A stretch of 64,000 nucleotides of DNA, from NCBI GenBank assembly GCA_015680685.1, contig MNCI01002989.1, positions 839,706 to 903,705 on the forward strand, written 5' to 3'. The notes beneath the pieces are model-generated. The model worked only from the letters and a program-made list of their open reading frames with translations, did not search any database and was not told the DNA's origin. Shown piece after piece: positions 52,568 through 64,000 of the stretch (position 1 is its first letter; each line of letters begins with the position of its first letter). A program made the translations under genes and the position numbers. The stretch is from Gnetum montanum (lineage: Eukaryota > Plantae > Gnetophyta).

Positions 52568-54650
52568 ATGAAAAGGCTTATACTTTTGAAAAGAAAAAGA
52601 ATTAATTAGAAAAATACTGATAGGAAAATGATTTGACGAAGTAGCATCTATATGTACTTCTACATTCCTTGTAGACTTCCAAAAGGAAACATTAGAGATG
52701 TAAAATCTATCAAGTTAACAATAAATTCTATCATTTTTTGTTGATAATTACACAAAGTATAATGCTTCTCATTTGAATGTTGTAGGAATAAAGAGCTAAA
52801 ATCAAAAAGAAAATATTCTTTCTTTAAAATTGTAGTAATCTTATTTTTCTTGAGAAGACATATTAGGAGGAAGATCACCAAGTTTGTCTAATGGCTTCCA
52901 ACCATATTGAAATCACCTCCAATAATATAAGGAACTTTAGGCAGAGATAGAAGATATTTCTAAACCTCTGATTGATCTTTAAAGTTATTAGGAGTATAAA
53001 TATTATAGAGTCCAAAGTTCTTTTTCACTATGATAAGAAATTCAAATAACTTTTATGATGCCAATGATACATTTCTTGAGTGATTAGCTCATTGTCTTGT
53101 TAGGCAAGGGCTTGCTTGTTTGAGTCATGCTTGAGGCATCATTATATTTCTTTATAATTCTTCTAAAGTCTCTATTGGCTATGTGTCTTGGTGTGCACTT
53201 ATAGTCATTCATTTGAGTTCCAACACTCGTGCCTTCCCCCCCCCCAACAAACAACTCATCCACAGTTTTTAAATCTAAAATTCAAAACTTTTCTAGACTA
53301 ATTTTTATTAATAAGAATAACAGCATCATATTTAGTTACATCATGAGTAGGAAAAAAAGTAATGTAATTTTTAAAAATGAATTTACTAGAAAAACTAATT
53401 TCACCCATTTAAATATTAATTTTTTGCAAGAAAAAAATTTGGAGATAAATGCCAATTTAAAAGATACTTCTCACAATCTTTGCTCAAGACTTGTTTAAAA
53501 GACCTTGAACATTCCATGATAAAATGAATATTGAGATGTGGGGAAGGAGGTTCCCATTCTTAATTTTCAAGCTTAGCACCATGACACTAATAGTTGAAAA
53601 TGTATTATCTAATAAAAAACATTAGAATAGTAATAGAAATAGAGATAGAAGAAGATACCTTTGAGATTATGAAATTGAAAGCAATAGTTATAGGCCTTTT
53701 CTTTTTGTATTGCACTGAGTGAAATCCATTTGTATCAGTATTTGCATTATTGGTCCATATTAAATTTTTTTCTAAAAAGAAAATCTCTTTACATATCAAT
53801 AGTTTATTAGTATCTTTATAATTAAAAGAACTATTAGAAGGTTAAAAACTTATTGAAATAGATTTCATTTATGCTTACTAAGAACTTCCATTATTTTCCT
53901 TTTTTCAAAATTATTATTTCTTTTCCTCATGAATAATTTTTTCATTAAGAATAGGATATATTCTAATAGCATGGCATTTACAATGATAATATCTACAATA
54001 ATCTCACAAGATGCTCAAATTTTAATTTTGTCCTCCTTTATTGTAAATTAATCTCTAGAAAATAATATGTGTGCTACATATCATATTGTAATTTTCTTGA
54101 CTCTATCTTTAGGATTGTGCAAATGCTATAAAAAATTTGTGCTATTAACACTTTTGAAAATGAGAGGAAGATTTTCTAATTCAATTTAGCAAGGAATTTT
54201 AGAGTAATAAAAAATAATGATGAAAATTCACTTTTCATTTCAAAGTAATAAAATTAATATGCTAATACATAAAAACCTTAAAGTCTAATGATTTCTCAAT
54301 CTTTTAGAAATAGCCATTTCAATAAGCAAAAAGATTTAGAAAAATAGAAGGTATGAAAAACATTAATTCTATAGTGTTCAAAGATAGCCTAAATCACTAG
54401 TGTAAAATCCTTATTTGGGTAAAAAAAATCCAATAATATATAGAAATATGCCTAGCAAAGTAATATCTTTTGACAAGGATTCATATAAATCATTAGGTAA
54501 AGAAAAATTAAAAGCTTTAAAATTCTTCATGGTCTTCATAGTTTGAAAGACATTCGTATTCTCTATCTTCAAATCATTCATCATCAAAAAAATTTCTGCC
54601 ACAATAGCTACATAAGAAATCCTTGAGATCAACAAACCAAAATAGCCTAT
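52568..54650 (-). mobile_element. Decayed L1 LINE: ORF1 remnant and ORF2 AP-endonuclease; continues at ~46113-46429 beyond the copia insertion
   Basis: ILSWNVQGL (~53525-53500), FFLQK, PYIIGGDFNI (~52932-52905), LDRFYI (~52715), SNHFPI (~52635), then KPFHM|NANMF across the TTCAT TSD. The ORF1 call (53600-54650) is weak. Confidence 0.72.
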
Positions 54651-55360
54651 AGTTAGAAAATATGTTGGTAGACCTCTAGATTATTAACACTATTTGAAAT
54701 AATTATAATATAGATATGTACTAAGATATATGACTTAGGATTACCTACCAAAATTGAACCCATGTCTTGAAGCTTTCAAATCAAGAGTCTTACCCCTAGG
54801 GTAATACCTCATTATTTAAAAAAAATGTATAAAAGGAATTTTGGAAGTAGAACTAATAGATCCAATGGTTTTCATTAAGTAAAAAATAAGATAAAAAAGT
54901 AATGAGGATATAAATGTAGAAAGAAAAATTTTAAAATAGCATGATAATATTTATGTTAACTTTGTACATAAGAACTTAAAAATGTGGCACTTATTGTAGT
55001 TCTATCCTTAATGATAGAGTGATTATATTGGTATATCCAATGTAAAAAAATCTCTTAAAGGTAATAATTTTTGTCACTTATCTAATAATCGGTATAAGTT
55101 TTCTTTTAGATAGAAACAAGATCTCATTGTCTTTAGTACATAAAGAATAAACTTAGTTTCTTTTACTCTTACTTATATTTGATAAATATTAAGAGACTGC
55201 CAAAGCAATGTAAAATAAAATAACTCCAATGTACCATTTAGAATGTAAAATGCATAATATTAACAGGTAAATCCAATTATAATTAAAATCAATATGTAAG
55301 TATTTTAATGAGAGTAAGGAAGACCTGGTCTATTTTGGCCAAGCATAATCTTACATCCTA

Positions 55361-55678
55361 TTTTAACTCCACCAATCCTAGTCTTAGGTTTGAATATGAA
55401 AGGAGAAGTGTTAGTGTTAGGTTGGTAGTCAACTATAAAACTTTATCAAATCTCATGGATGAGTTCCTTTTTAGATTTTACAGATGCTAAGGCTTTCCTC
55501 AGATGTGACACATAACAATTCCAAGATTTGCTAAAAGAAAAACTAGAGAGGACATGGGAAAAAACAATCAAAGATGATTTGAATAAAAAAAATCTAGTTG
55601 TTCATAGAGGTGAATGCTGAAAAAGAAATCATGTAGCTAACCCCATTTTGTTAGGATAAGGCTAGGATGATGATGATG
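55361..55678 (+). mobile_element. Short internally deleted RTE-clade LINE derivative (~320 bp)
   Basis: 16-bp TSD ATAATCTTACATCCTA (55345-60 / 55679-94). RTE ORF C-terminus ERTWEKTIKDDL...RGEC*KRNHVANP, 3' end GGATAAGGCT and (GAT)n tail. The 5' part resembles a plant RTE 5' UTR. Confidence 0.75.
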
Positions 55679-56735
55679 ATAATCTTACATCCTACTTTGT
55701 TGATAGCATTAGGAAACTTGAGTTTCCTTTCCTTTTTAATATAAAGGTTAACACAATGGAGAAGGATGATATTTGCTATAGGTATATCTTAACTTTAATC
55801 CCTAAATTACTACATTTTTTGGCAAAAATTAAAATGCAAAAAACTTAGGGTGAACATATCTAAATATCCAACTATGTGAATTTTTTTTTTATCATTTCTA
55901 TAATCATCCATGTTAATATGTTTTTAATTCAAAACAAAATTTCATGCTCTCGTATTTTTTTGGTTGTATTTAGTAATTATTAACAAACTGTAAAAGTTTT
56001 GTAATGAAAATGGAATATTACTTAAAATGTAAAATGCACCAGATTAATATGTAAATATAATCATTAATTTAAATACATTTATTTCCTCAATGTATAAGCA
56101 TAAGGTCAAAGTAAAAAGATATTCAGTTTAAACAAAATGAAGAAAGATGGCATTCACTAATTCTGCTCAGTACTGCACTCTTTGTACAAAAATAAATAGA
56201 TAATAATCCTAGGGTAAATCCATTTAAATTAATTACTACATCTATGAACACAAATTATAAAAGAATCAAAACATTTATAACTTGAAATACCTTTTAGAAA
56301 TAATAACACAAATATTTTTTTAAAAAAATTCTCATTATCTATTGGTCATTAGTATTCAAAAGTATTAAGTAGCTAATGATTACAAAGATTATCAAAAAAT
56401 TACTACATCTAGAGATGAATCAGGTGTCCAAGAAGAAAAGTTAAAAGATAATAATCTAATAGCACTACCCATCCATGCTTTATATATTAGACCAAAGGTA
56501 AATAAGTATCAATAATACAATGTTTTTTGGAACTTCATTCATTTTTTATAAAGAAGAAAATTTGAGAACAAAAAAAAGTTCCCATAAAACTCACTTCTTC
56601 TACCCATGAATGATCCACCACAACAAAATATACTAGATTTATAATGTAGTCATCCATAGAACATTAAACAATCAATAATAAATAACAAATCAAATTAACC
56701 AATAAAAAACTAATACTATTTAACTAATCTAATCA

Positions 56736-57146
56736 TTAATCCTCATCAATCTTATCTAGGTTCCCTCCAAGCTCCTTAGGAGAAATCACATTTAAATCTA
56801 GCAATGTTTCATTGTTAGAATATTCTCTAGATTTTTCCACCTCAACCTTTAATACACTAGTATCTTCCATTAAATCCAAATCTATAGGATGAGAAAAATA
56901 TCCCACTTTCATTGTTTCCTTAGTCATCCCAAATTCATCAGGCCTATCATTTGATTGTAATTTAGAATTAGACTAATAGCTTTGGCCTTGAGGCTCCTGT
57001 ACTATTTGCATGTAGTTCTTTGCATAATCTTGCAATGTAACATGTGCAAGAAAACAAAGTTTAAAATTAGAAGCATCATGTAGTAATAAAGAAGATGATT
57101 ATGAGGGTTTATCTATAACAATCTTATTGCACATGTTGCTTTTCAT
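56736..57146 (-). pseudogene. Finger-less EAR paralogue (copy 4), 136 codons, two in-frame stops
   Basis: MKSNMCNKIVIDKPS*SSSLLLHDASNFKLCFLAHVTLQDYAKNYMQIVQEPQGQSY*SNSKLQ...LLDLNVISPKELGGNLDKIDED*. No frameshift. The second stop is CAG in copy 3. Confidence 0.7.
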
Positions 57147-57785
57147 GTTAATGATTAGCGAATAGTGAAAACTAAAAATGTTGTACATGAAGTCCTATAT
57201 GTAGAAAAGCAATAATTTTGTACTTTTTTCATATAAGATATATATTTTTTTGGTGGCTATGATTTCCAAAACCTATAGACCATTGGAATTTTCTTAAAAG
57301 CAAATTTCTTACAACATCTGGTACATACTTCATTAGGGACAAGAATTTAGTGATCCTAGAAGGAGATGACATCTTATCTATATCTATATTATCCTAATGA
57401 TATGCATAGCAAATCTATTAGTAACCATCGTAAAATTCTAAAAAATGATCATTATATCATAATTATTAGATTTGAACTATCTTATCTCCATCTCTTAAAT
57501 CAAAAGTTAGCTCTTCCCCAAAGAGCTCATTCACCAATATATCATTTTCTACTCTCTCTACTACTTCTACCTAGGCTACCTCTTTTTTCTTAGTCTCATC
57601 TTTCTTTCAAGCTCATTGTTCCTCTTATTCTTTTGCTTTCCTCTTTGTTCCTCTTATTCTTTTCTCTTTTCTTCTTCCTAGGTCCTTCTCTTCTTCTCTT
57701 ATTTCCTCTTCCTTTGCTCTTTTTCCTTAGCCAAGGCTTCACTCTCTTTTATCTTTACTATGACTATTAACCAAAAAAATTAAAA

Positions 57786-58163
57786 TTAAAACATAGAAAA
57801 AATACAAAAATATAAATAAAAAATACAATATAAAATACTAACACCAAAAACAAAATATGAATTCTCTAACTTTCCCAATCTCATTGCAGTCCTCGTTGCC
57901 TCCGCTTGTAACTTCTTCTCATCATAATCATAAGTGTGAATGTTCTCAAAATTTTTAACTTTTACATTATTCATTACATGTTCCTTCTCTTGTATGCCCA
58001 AGGTACACTTTCCAATCACCTCTTCCCCTTGTTTAGGATTTCCATAAGTAGAGCACTTCATAGAGAATATGATACTTTTAATAATAGATGACTGTGCTGC
58101 ATTCTTTGGAAGTAAAGATGCCATCTCTAATGATCCACCTAGAGCTGAGTGTAGCATCATCAT
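57786..58163 (-). other. Unidentified coding-like fragment (possible host gene fragment)
   Basis: 125-codon ORF with protein-like composition (YDYDEKKLQAEATRTAMRLGKLEN) and some retained CG. No recognised TE motif. Confidence 0.3.
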
Positions 58164-58299
58164 GATTTTGGTGATGTGCTAGCAAAGTGAGTGAGGAAAG
58201 TTCTCCTCATTATGAAATCTTATCATTTCATGATCAATTCAAGCCAACAACTTTGCGAAATAATGTAGAAAGCGATAGTAGAAGTTAAAGTTTACAGAG

Positions 58300-59720
58300 T
58301 TGCTAGAACTTATCCTATTCATGAGATTAATATTGGTTTGCTTGCTCTACAACTTCTTCTCTAGGAAACTTATTTAATCATAATGAGTACCATAAACCAT
58401 AGTATTTTTGATGACTAAAGGCTATAGGAAAAAGACAATCTATCTTTGTGAGATGTTATCACAAAAGTTCTTCTTGATGAACAAGTGGAACATCTACTTC
58501 AAGTCATAATTAGTAATGTTCTAAGCTTAGCACCATACTTTTTCTATTCATTACTTACCTCTTAATTAATAATAAACAACTTCTAGTTACCCTTAACCAA
58601 ATGATCCACATTAGAAAAGTTAAACTAGTATCTAAAGGAGTCACAATTCCAAGGTAAGATCTCTTTTTCCTAAACCCAAGACATGAATAACCACTAGTGG
58701 CTTGAAAAGCACCTCACCATAGCAAATGTTTCCATGGGTGAAATGTTATAAGACCTTAATGTAATGAGATGGATGAGTCTTGCATGCTCTAGAATTAGAA
58801 GATACTTTCTTCCATCCCCATTTATTGACCACATGTGACTAGTGGAAGTGTTGTAAATATTAGCTTATAGGCATCTATCCTTCACATTTCTAAGCTCTAT
58901 GCATAGAACCTTCAAGGTCTTGATATTGTCTATAAGACAGAAACATAGGTAGTTAGGCACAAAGTATGTATCCCTCGGTGAGGCTACAAAAAAAAATATG
59001 AGCAAAAAAGGACTCAGTGCTAAACATGATACTTAGGAAATAAATGTTATATTATCCAACATACTTTTAGGTAATAGTTGGATATGAGATCTTGTAGGTC
59101 ATCCCTCTTTTAGCATTAAATATAACCTCCTATGAAGAACATGTACCAAACTAGCTTGTAGAGAGCCATCATATCATTGGTTCTTCCTAGATTGATCAAT
59201 CTCATTAGAAAAAAGTATGAACACCATAGGATGCTAGTACTTCTCAATTGCTACACCACAAAGCATGTGCTCAAGCATTTCTAGATAGTCATCACTCCTA
59301 TTTGGATCCTCAAATCTATAAGCAAGAGAAAAATTCACATTAAATAATGATGCAAATCTTAGATAGGAATTGAAAAGTTTTTAAAATTACCACAATTAAG
59401 ATTTCATGCTAATGTACTTAGAAACTATGACGTGCCCATGAGGCCGAACAAGCTTTGAATGCAACAAGAATCTATTAACAATATAGTATCTATGTTGAAC
59501 TACCTGTAGAAAGGATCCTTCTACTAGTGATTCAAATTCTTTAGCTAGATTTCCCTAGTCTTTCCATTCTCATCCATAATAGTATCCATATTTGTAGACT
59601 CTTGGATTATACAATCTAAAATTCTTACTTAGAGACATGAACATTTCCACTCTAGATCATGAAACAAAATGCATGAGGATAACATAGTCCATATAAGAAC
59701 ATAGAAGTGTAGGGTCCCTA
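58300..59720 (-). mobile_element. Highly decayed Ty3/gypsy pol fragment (PR-RT-RNase H)
   Basis: Faint ordered RT/RH-like motifs (SYGVHTF ~59230, TEGY ~58975, IHVLG ~58680, HKD...KILW ~58460-58400). Confidence 0.4.
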
Positions 59721-60079
59721 GACAAGTCCACATTTGGGTTGGGTTGAGTGATCAATAATTAATGATGAAGAGAGCTTTCACCCTCCTAGACTTCCTGATG
59801 ATAGTGAAACCCACATAACAATTCCTAGAATACATAGGATTAGCCACTAGTAGCCTAGAGATCATGCCATCCTTGCATAATAACATAATAAATTGAGAGT
59901 AAAAATCATAAACCCATAATCATAAATAAAAATAATAATTACATATAATAATCTAACTAAGGAAGGATATAGTAAAACTTAGACACATGAGTTTAATTTT
60001 CCAATCTTATCCCAAGAAAATTCACCAAACATTAGCTAAGTAGTAGTAATTTTAACATTCTTTGCTCTTACATCCTATG

Positions 60080-60420
60080 CTTAACTACTTGTTCACTCTT
60101 GGATCCTTTCAACACTTAGATGTTTTTCCCTTTATTCTTAGAAATCTAGTCATTATTTCTACAATTCTATACTATGATATTTTCCCCTACACATATCCAA
60201 TCTTGGATCTCTTTCATACTTAGCAAAATTTTCACCTTTCTAGATTTTCAATACTTAGTAACATTTTGGTTTTCCTTCCCTTTGTACTTAGTTAAGTTGT
60301 TTACCTACCATGCTTTCTACACTTATGTGAATTTTTGATTTCATCTCTCTCCACACTTAATTAAATTGTTGTTTTTCCTTCCTTCCTCTTATACTTAGTA
60401 AAATTTTAAATTTTTTCTGG
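60080..60420. repeat. Degenerate ~35-45 bp tandem array with (C/T)ACTTAG core
   Basis: Recurrent CTTTCATACTTAG(T/C)AAAATTTT-like units. Confidence 0.5.
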
Positions 60421-61599
60421 ATAACTATCCTTTCTCCTATGGCTTACAAGCCATGAATCATACCATCCTTCATTGATTATGCAAATATCTTATCTTGGAT
60501 GGGTCCCATGGCCAAGTTAATAAGCTTCTTAATATAGAATTAATTGATTTATCTACCTTAGATTCCTTAGACTTGATCATTTCAACCTTAGAAATTATTG
60601 AGGAAGACTTAAAATCTCAAGGTAATCACACTATACATTCGACATCATTTGCTAGTCCCATGATCTGATTAGCATCATCATAGTACTATCCTACATCAGT
60701 TAGGGTATCATAAGAGCTCTTAGATGCTTGAATTTATAGTTTCAAAAAAACTCAAAAAAATCTTCTAACTTCTAGTGACATTGATATTGACACTAGCAGC
60801 AATGTTAGCAACACCTCTTGTGTAACACAACTTATCAAAAATGAATTCAGAATAACTTCAAGTGAATTTTACTTACCTCTACAATAAAATTTAAAATTAT
60901 AATCCTTAAAATATGAAATTAAAATCCATATTTTGGTTCTATTTTCTCAAGATCTAGAGTACAATTTTTAAGATTTTGAAAGATGAAAAGCATAAGCAGG
61001 AAATATCACGATGTCTCCTACATGCTTCACAACCATCATAGTTTCTTCTCATAGCTCTAGCATGAACATTGATGTAGGGTCATCATCAATCAGGTAGCAT
61101 AAATGATAACATCTCATACATAGAATATTTTTAGCATTAGTACTAGCATCTTATAAATTTTTTAAGTCCAACATCCGTCTTAGGATACTTAGTCAAAATA
61201 GTCATGTTTTGGCCCCAATTCAATTTTGAATAGCATATGTAGCTTCCTCACTTACACATCCATGCTTCAGAGTTTAAATTCATTCACTAAGTTCATATTT
61301 TACTTAAAAATTAAGTTTTTTATTATTTTTTATTTTAGTTATATTTTTTACTAATACTTGTAGTTTGGCCCTACATAGGAGACAAAGACTAACTTTTTAG
61401 TAATAAAGCAATTTTTTTTGTAAAGGAAATTAAAATATTTTGTTCCATATAATAACAATTGATATTTTAATATTTTCAATCTTTATTGATATTTTTATAC
61501 TTATATTTTATTTTATTTCTCATAATTCATCTTTCATACTTAGTTTTACTTTTAGCAAGTAAACATAGTCTATTCTACTAGTTGAACCCATTGTTTCTA

Positions 61600-63620
61600 T
61601 CATCATCCTCCTATTCTTGGTTTGTCTATAGTAGGCTAAGTTCAATTTTTATTAGAGATTTGTATTCCATTGTGTCATTATCATTGGCTTAGTAAAGGTT
61701 ATATCAAATTAAATATCATTTGTAACTACAGATTAACTACTTTAAGACTTAATCCATGGAGGTGTTCTTGTGAGATTAAGAAAGAACAATTTTACATGAA
61801 CACCAACCACATATAGGAAAAGATAACTAAGAAGTTGGATAACAATAGGCTCATTAATGAAGATGTTAGTAGTAATTTTGTGAATTTTAGTTTCTTCTAT
61901 AGCATGTTGTTATGTTTCATAAAGTTACTTGTTTGTAGTGCTTAGGAGGATGGAAAGGTTCTTAGTGAGGAGGCCTTTCATCAAAATTATGTTAGCACAT
62001 TATCAATATCACGATGATCCTTCCATTTACTATGGAAGGACTATTATATGTCACATTCTTAGTAAGAAGGATTGTCCACAAAATGTTCAATTTGTGATAA
62101 CCTAGTGCAGGAAATAAAGGACATTAAGCATCTGCTACGGATACATAGGATGACGGACAAGCCTCTAATAAGATGAGTGTGAGTACTGTTGAGATAACAA
62201 GTGCCTACAATTTAAAGTTGAAGTGACCAAGGGTAGAAGCTACTAGGCTAGAAGATAAATCATGTAAGCACAAGTCATCACTAAATATTTATTTATTTTT
62301 TTCTTAATTTTCATTTAGTTTATTAGTTTTTGATTAGTTATTTCCATGTCTTACCATCTATGTTTATTGTTTAATTTTTTCTTTAAAGGTATAAAAGAAG
62401 GTGGGGAAGAAGGCTTTAGGCAAAGTAGAAGTTAAAAGGCAAGCCAAAGAGAAAGTAGAAAAGGAAGACTAGGGACAAGGTAAAGCAAAAAGAAAAGAAA
62501 AAAGTAAAAGAAAGAGAAGAAGTAGCTGAAGCTACTAGAAGAGTATAGGAGGACAAGATGATAAGGATTTTATTGGAGCAATACATTAACTTGAACTTAG
62601 AAGATGATGTAGGTGAGATAAACACTCAAAATGCATAGGAAGAAATAACTTTGCTGATTAATTATTTGATGGCTCATGATGTATCAAGGTCTAATTAGCT
62701 ATTAGATGATCATGCAAGTCATCACTTGGATGATGTACATGATGGTATAGTATTATTTTCTCATAGCGTCTCTAACTTCTTGCCCCTCCTCATTTTCAAT
62801 GAGGCTAGGAAAAAGTGGCTTGTAGGTAAGCTAGTAGAAGAGGATCATATGTTAATTGGTGATCTTTAACTTTGGGTTTTTTTTTATTATGCATGTATTT
62901 TTTTTCTTTTTACATGTTTTTATTTTTATATTGTAGATTTTGGACTCATCATGATTTTTATATGCATATGTCTATATATATAGAGTCTAGAAAGATGTTT
63001 TGGAAGTGTATTAATAAAGATGAATGGGTATGGAAAATGATAAATAGCTTCATGGAGAAGCTAAGGGTCATAACATATAATGATAAGTTTGTAAAAGTTT
63101 TTGGATAGTTATGATAGTAAAATTTGATTAGTATGTTAGTGAGATGATGAATGAATTGCTTTTGCAGATGTTCATATTTTAGTTGGCCTTGGAAAAATGT
63201 TAATTATGGACCCTCATTTATTTATTTTCAAATTTAAGCATAATTGAGATTTAGAAGAGGATTAATGTCTTAATAGAATATTAGATAAAGTTGGCTTCTC
63301 TTATTGTAAAGCATATTGATACTAATGTGGATTTAATGATAAAGTTGATGACAAATAGGAAGGACTACTATGAAAAGGGCATACTATCAGAAGAGGTAGA
63401 GGACATGAACATGGATTTTTATATAAGAAAAGTGCTGCATCATAATGCTATTTATTTTTTTTATGTTAAAATATTTAAAATAATTTTTTATTTTGTATAG
63501 TTTTGGAAGCCTGATCTATTAGATGATGTGGGTGGTCCAATTAAGAAAAACTAATTGTTTTTGAATTTTTTATTTACGACAACTTTGGAATCTAGATGAG
63601 TTATATGATGATCTTAGACT
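61600..63620 (+). mobile_element. Possible Mutator-like remnant (SWIM/zinc-knuckle, K/E-rich exon, ULP1-like exons)
   Basis: CIPLCH (~61660), GRTIICH...DCP (~62035-62080), lysine/glutamate-rich tract 62390-62560, and intron-like T-rich blocks ending in AG. Very decayed. Confidence 0.28.
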
Positions 63621-64000
63621 TGTTGAAAAGATTATTTTGTAATGTATAATCTTGTAAAATTTTAGATCAATGGAATTTATTTGATGATTTAAATCTAACC
63701 TAAAATGAATATCTGGAATAAAACTATTTGACATCTAGAATATAAATTAATGATTTACATGATGAATATTTCTACAGTTCAAGAGAGTTATAGAGTGAGT
63801 AAATAATTGATATAAAGATATTTCAATAATATACCTTTGAAAAATTTAGAATTGAAATCTATCATACAAAAGTGGTCCCAAATGTGATTATAAAACTTCT
63901 TGGATTAATGAATTGGTAAATATGATGAATTGATAATGGATTATGAAAGTTATTAGAGTAGAAAATTTTGTAACATAATCTATCTTATTATTGTAGCATC

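Noticed and set aside
53095-53130. CLVRQGLACLSH, resembling the hAT LLRQGLAFRGH motif
   Set aside because: Isolated match lying antisense within the L1 endonuclease region, with no other hAT motifs or TIRs.
63700-64000. LINE zf-RVT-like tail
   Set aside because: Too decayed and cut by the window edge to support.

Overview
AT-rich plant nuclear DNA with strong CG/CHG depletion, made almost entirely of nested, decayed transposons. No intact protein-coding gene is evident. The left 36 kb holds an Athila-type LTR end, a Ty1/copia remnant, a Sirevirus remnant and a Tekay-like Ty3/gypsy whose RT is split by two insertions: Athila-type element A (12185-17900, TSD GTAGT) and full-length Athila element B (18315-35533, TSD CCAAG). 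B's 3' LTR is in turn split by element C (29203-35344, TSD CTTAG). A and C are Gag-only (pol-less) relatives of B and retain a probably spliced 3' ORF. The right half holds four pseudogenised copies of a small gene family. One has a QALGGH-type C2H2 finger plus a DLN EAR motif, one is truncated just before the finger, and two keep the N-terminal motif but have no finger (the EAR tail is intact in one of them). Also present are a decayed L1 LINE interrupted by a copia element (46435-52562, TSD TTCAT) and an Athila fragment, a ~320 bp internally deleted RTE-LINE derivative, and further gypsy and MULE-like debris. The best candidates for something undescribed are the finger-less EAR paralogues, the Gag-only Athila family, and family-specific CpG palindrome arrays that recur in front of the env-like ORFs. 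All calls come from motif recognition by eye. Coordinates of boundaries without a TSD are approximate.
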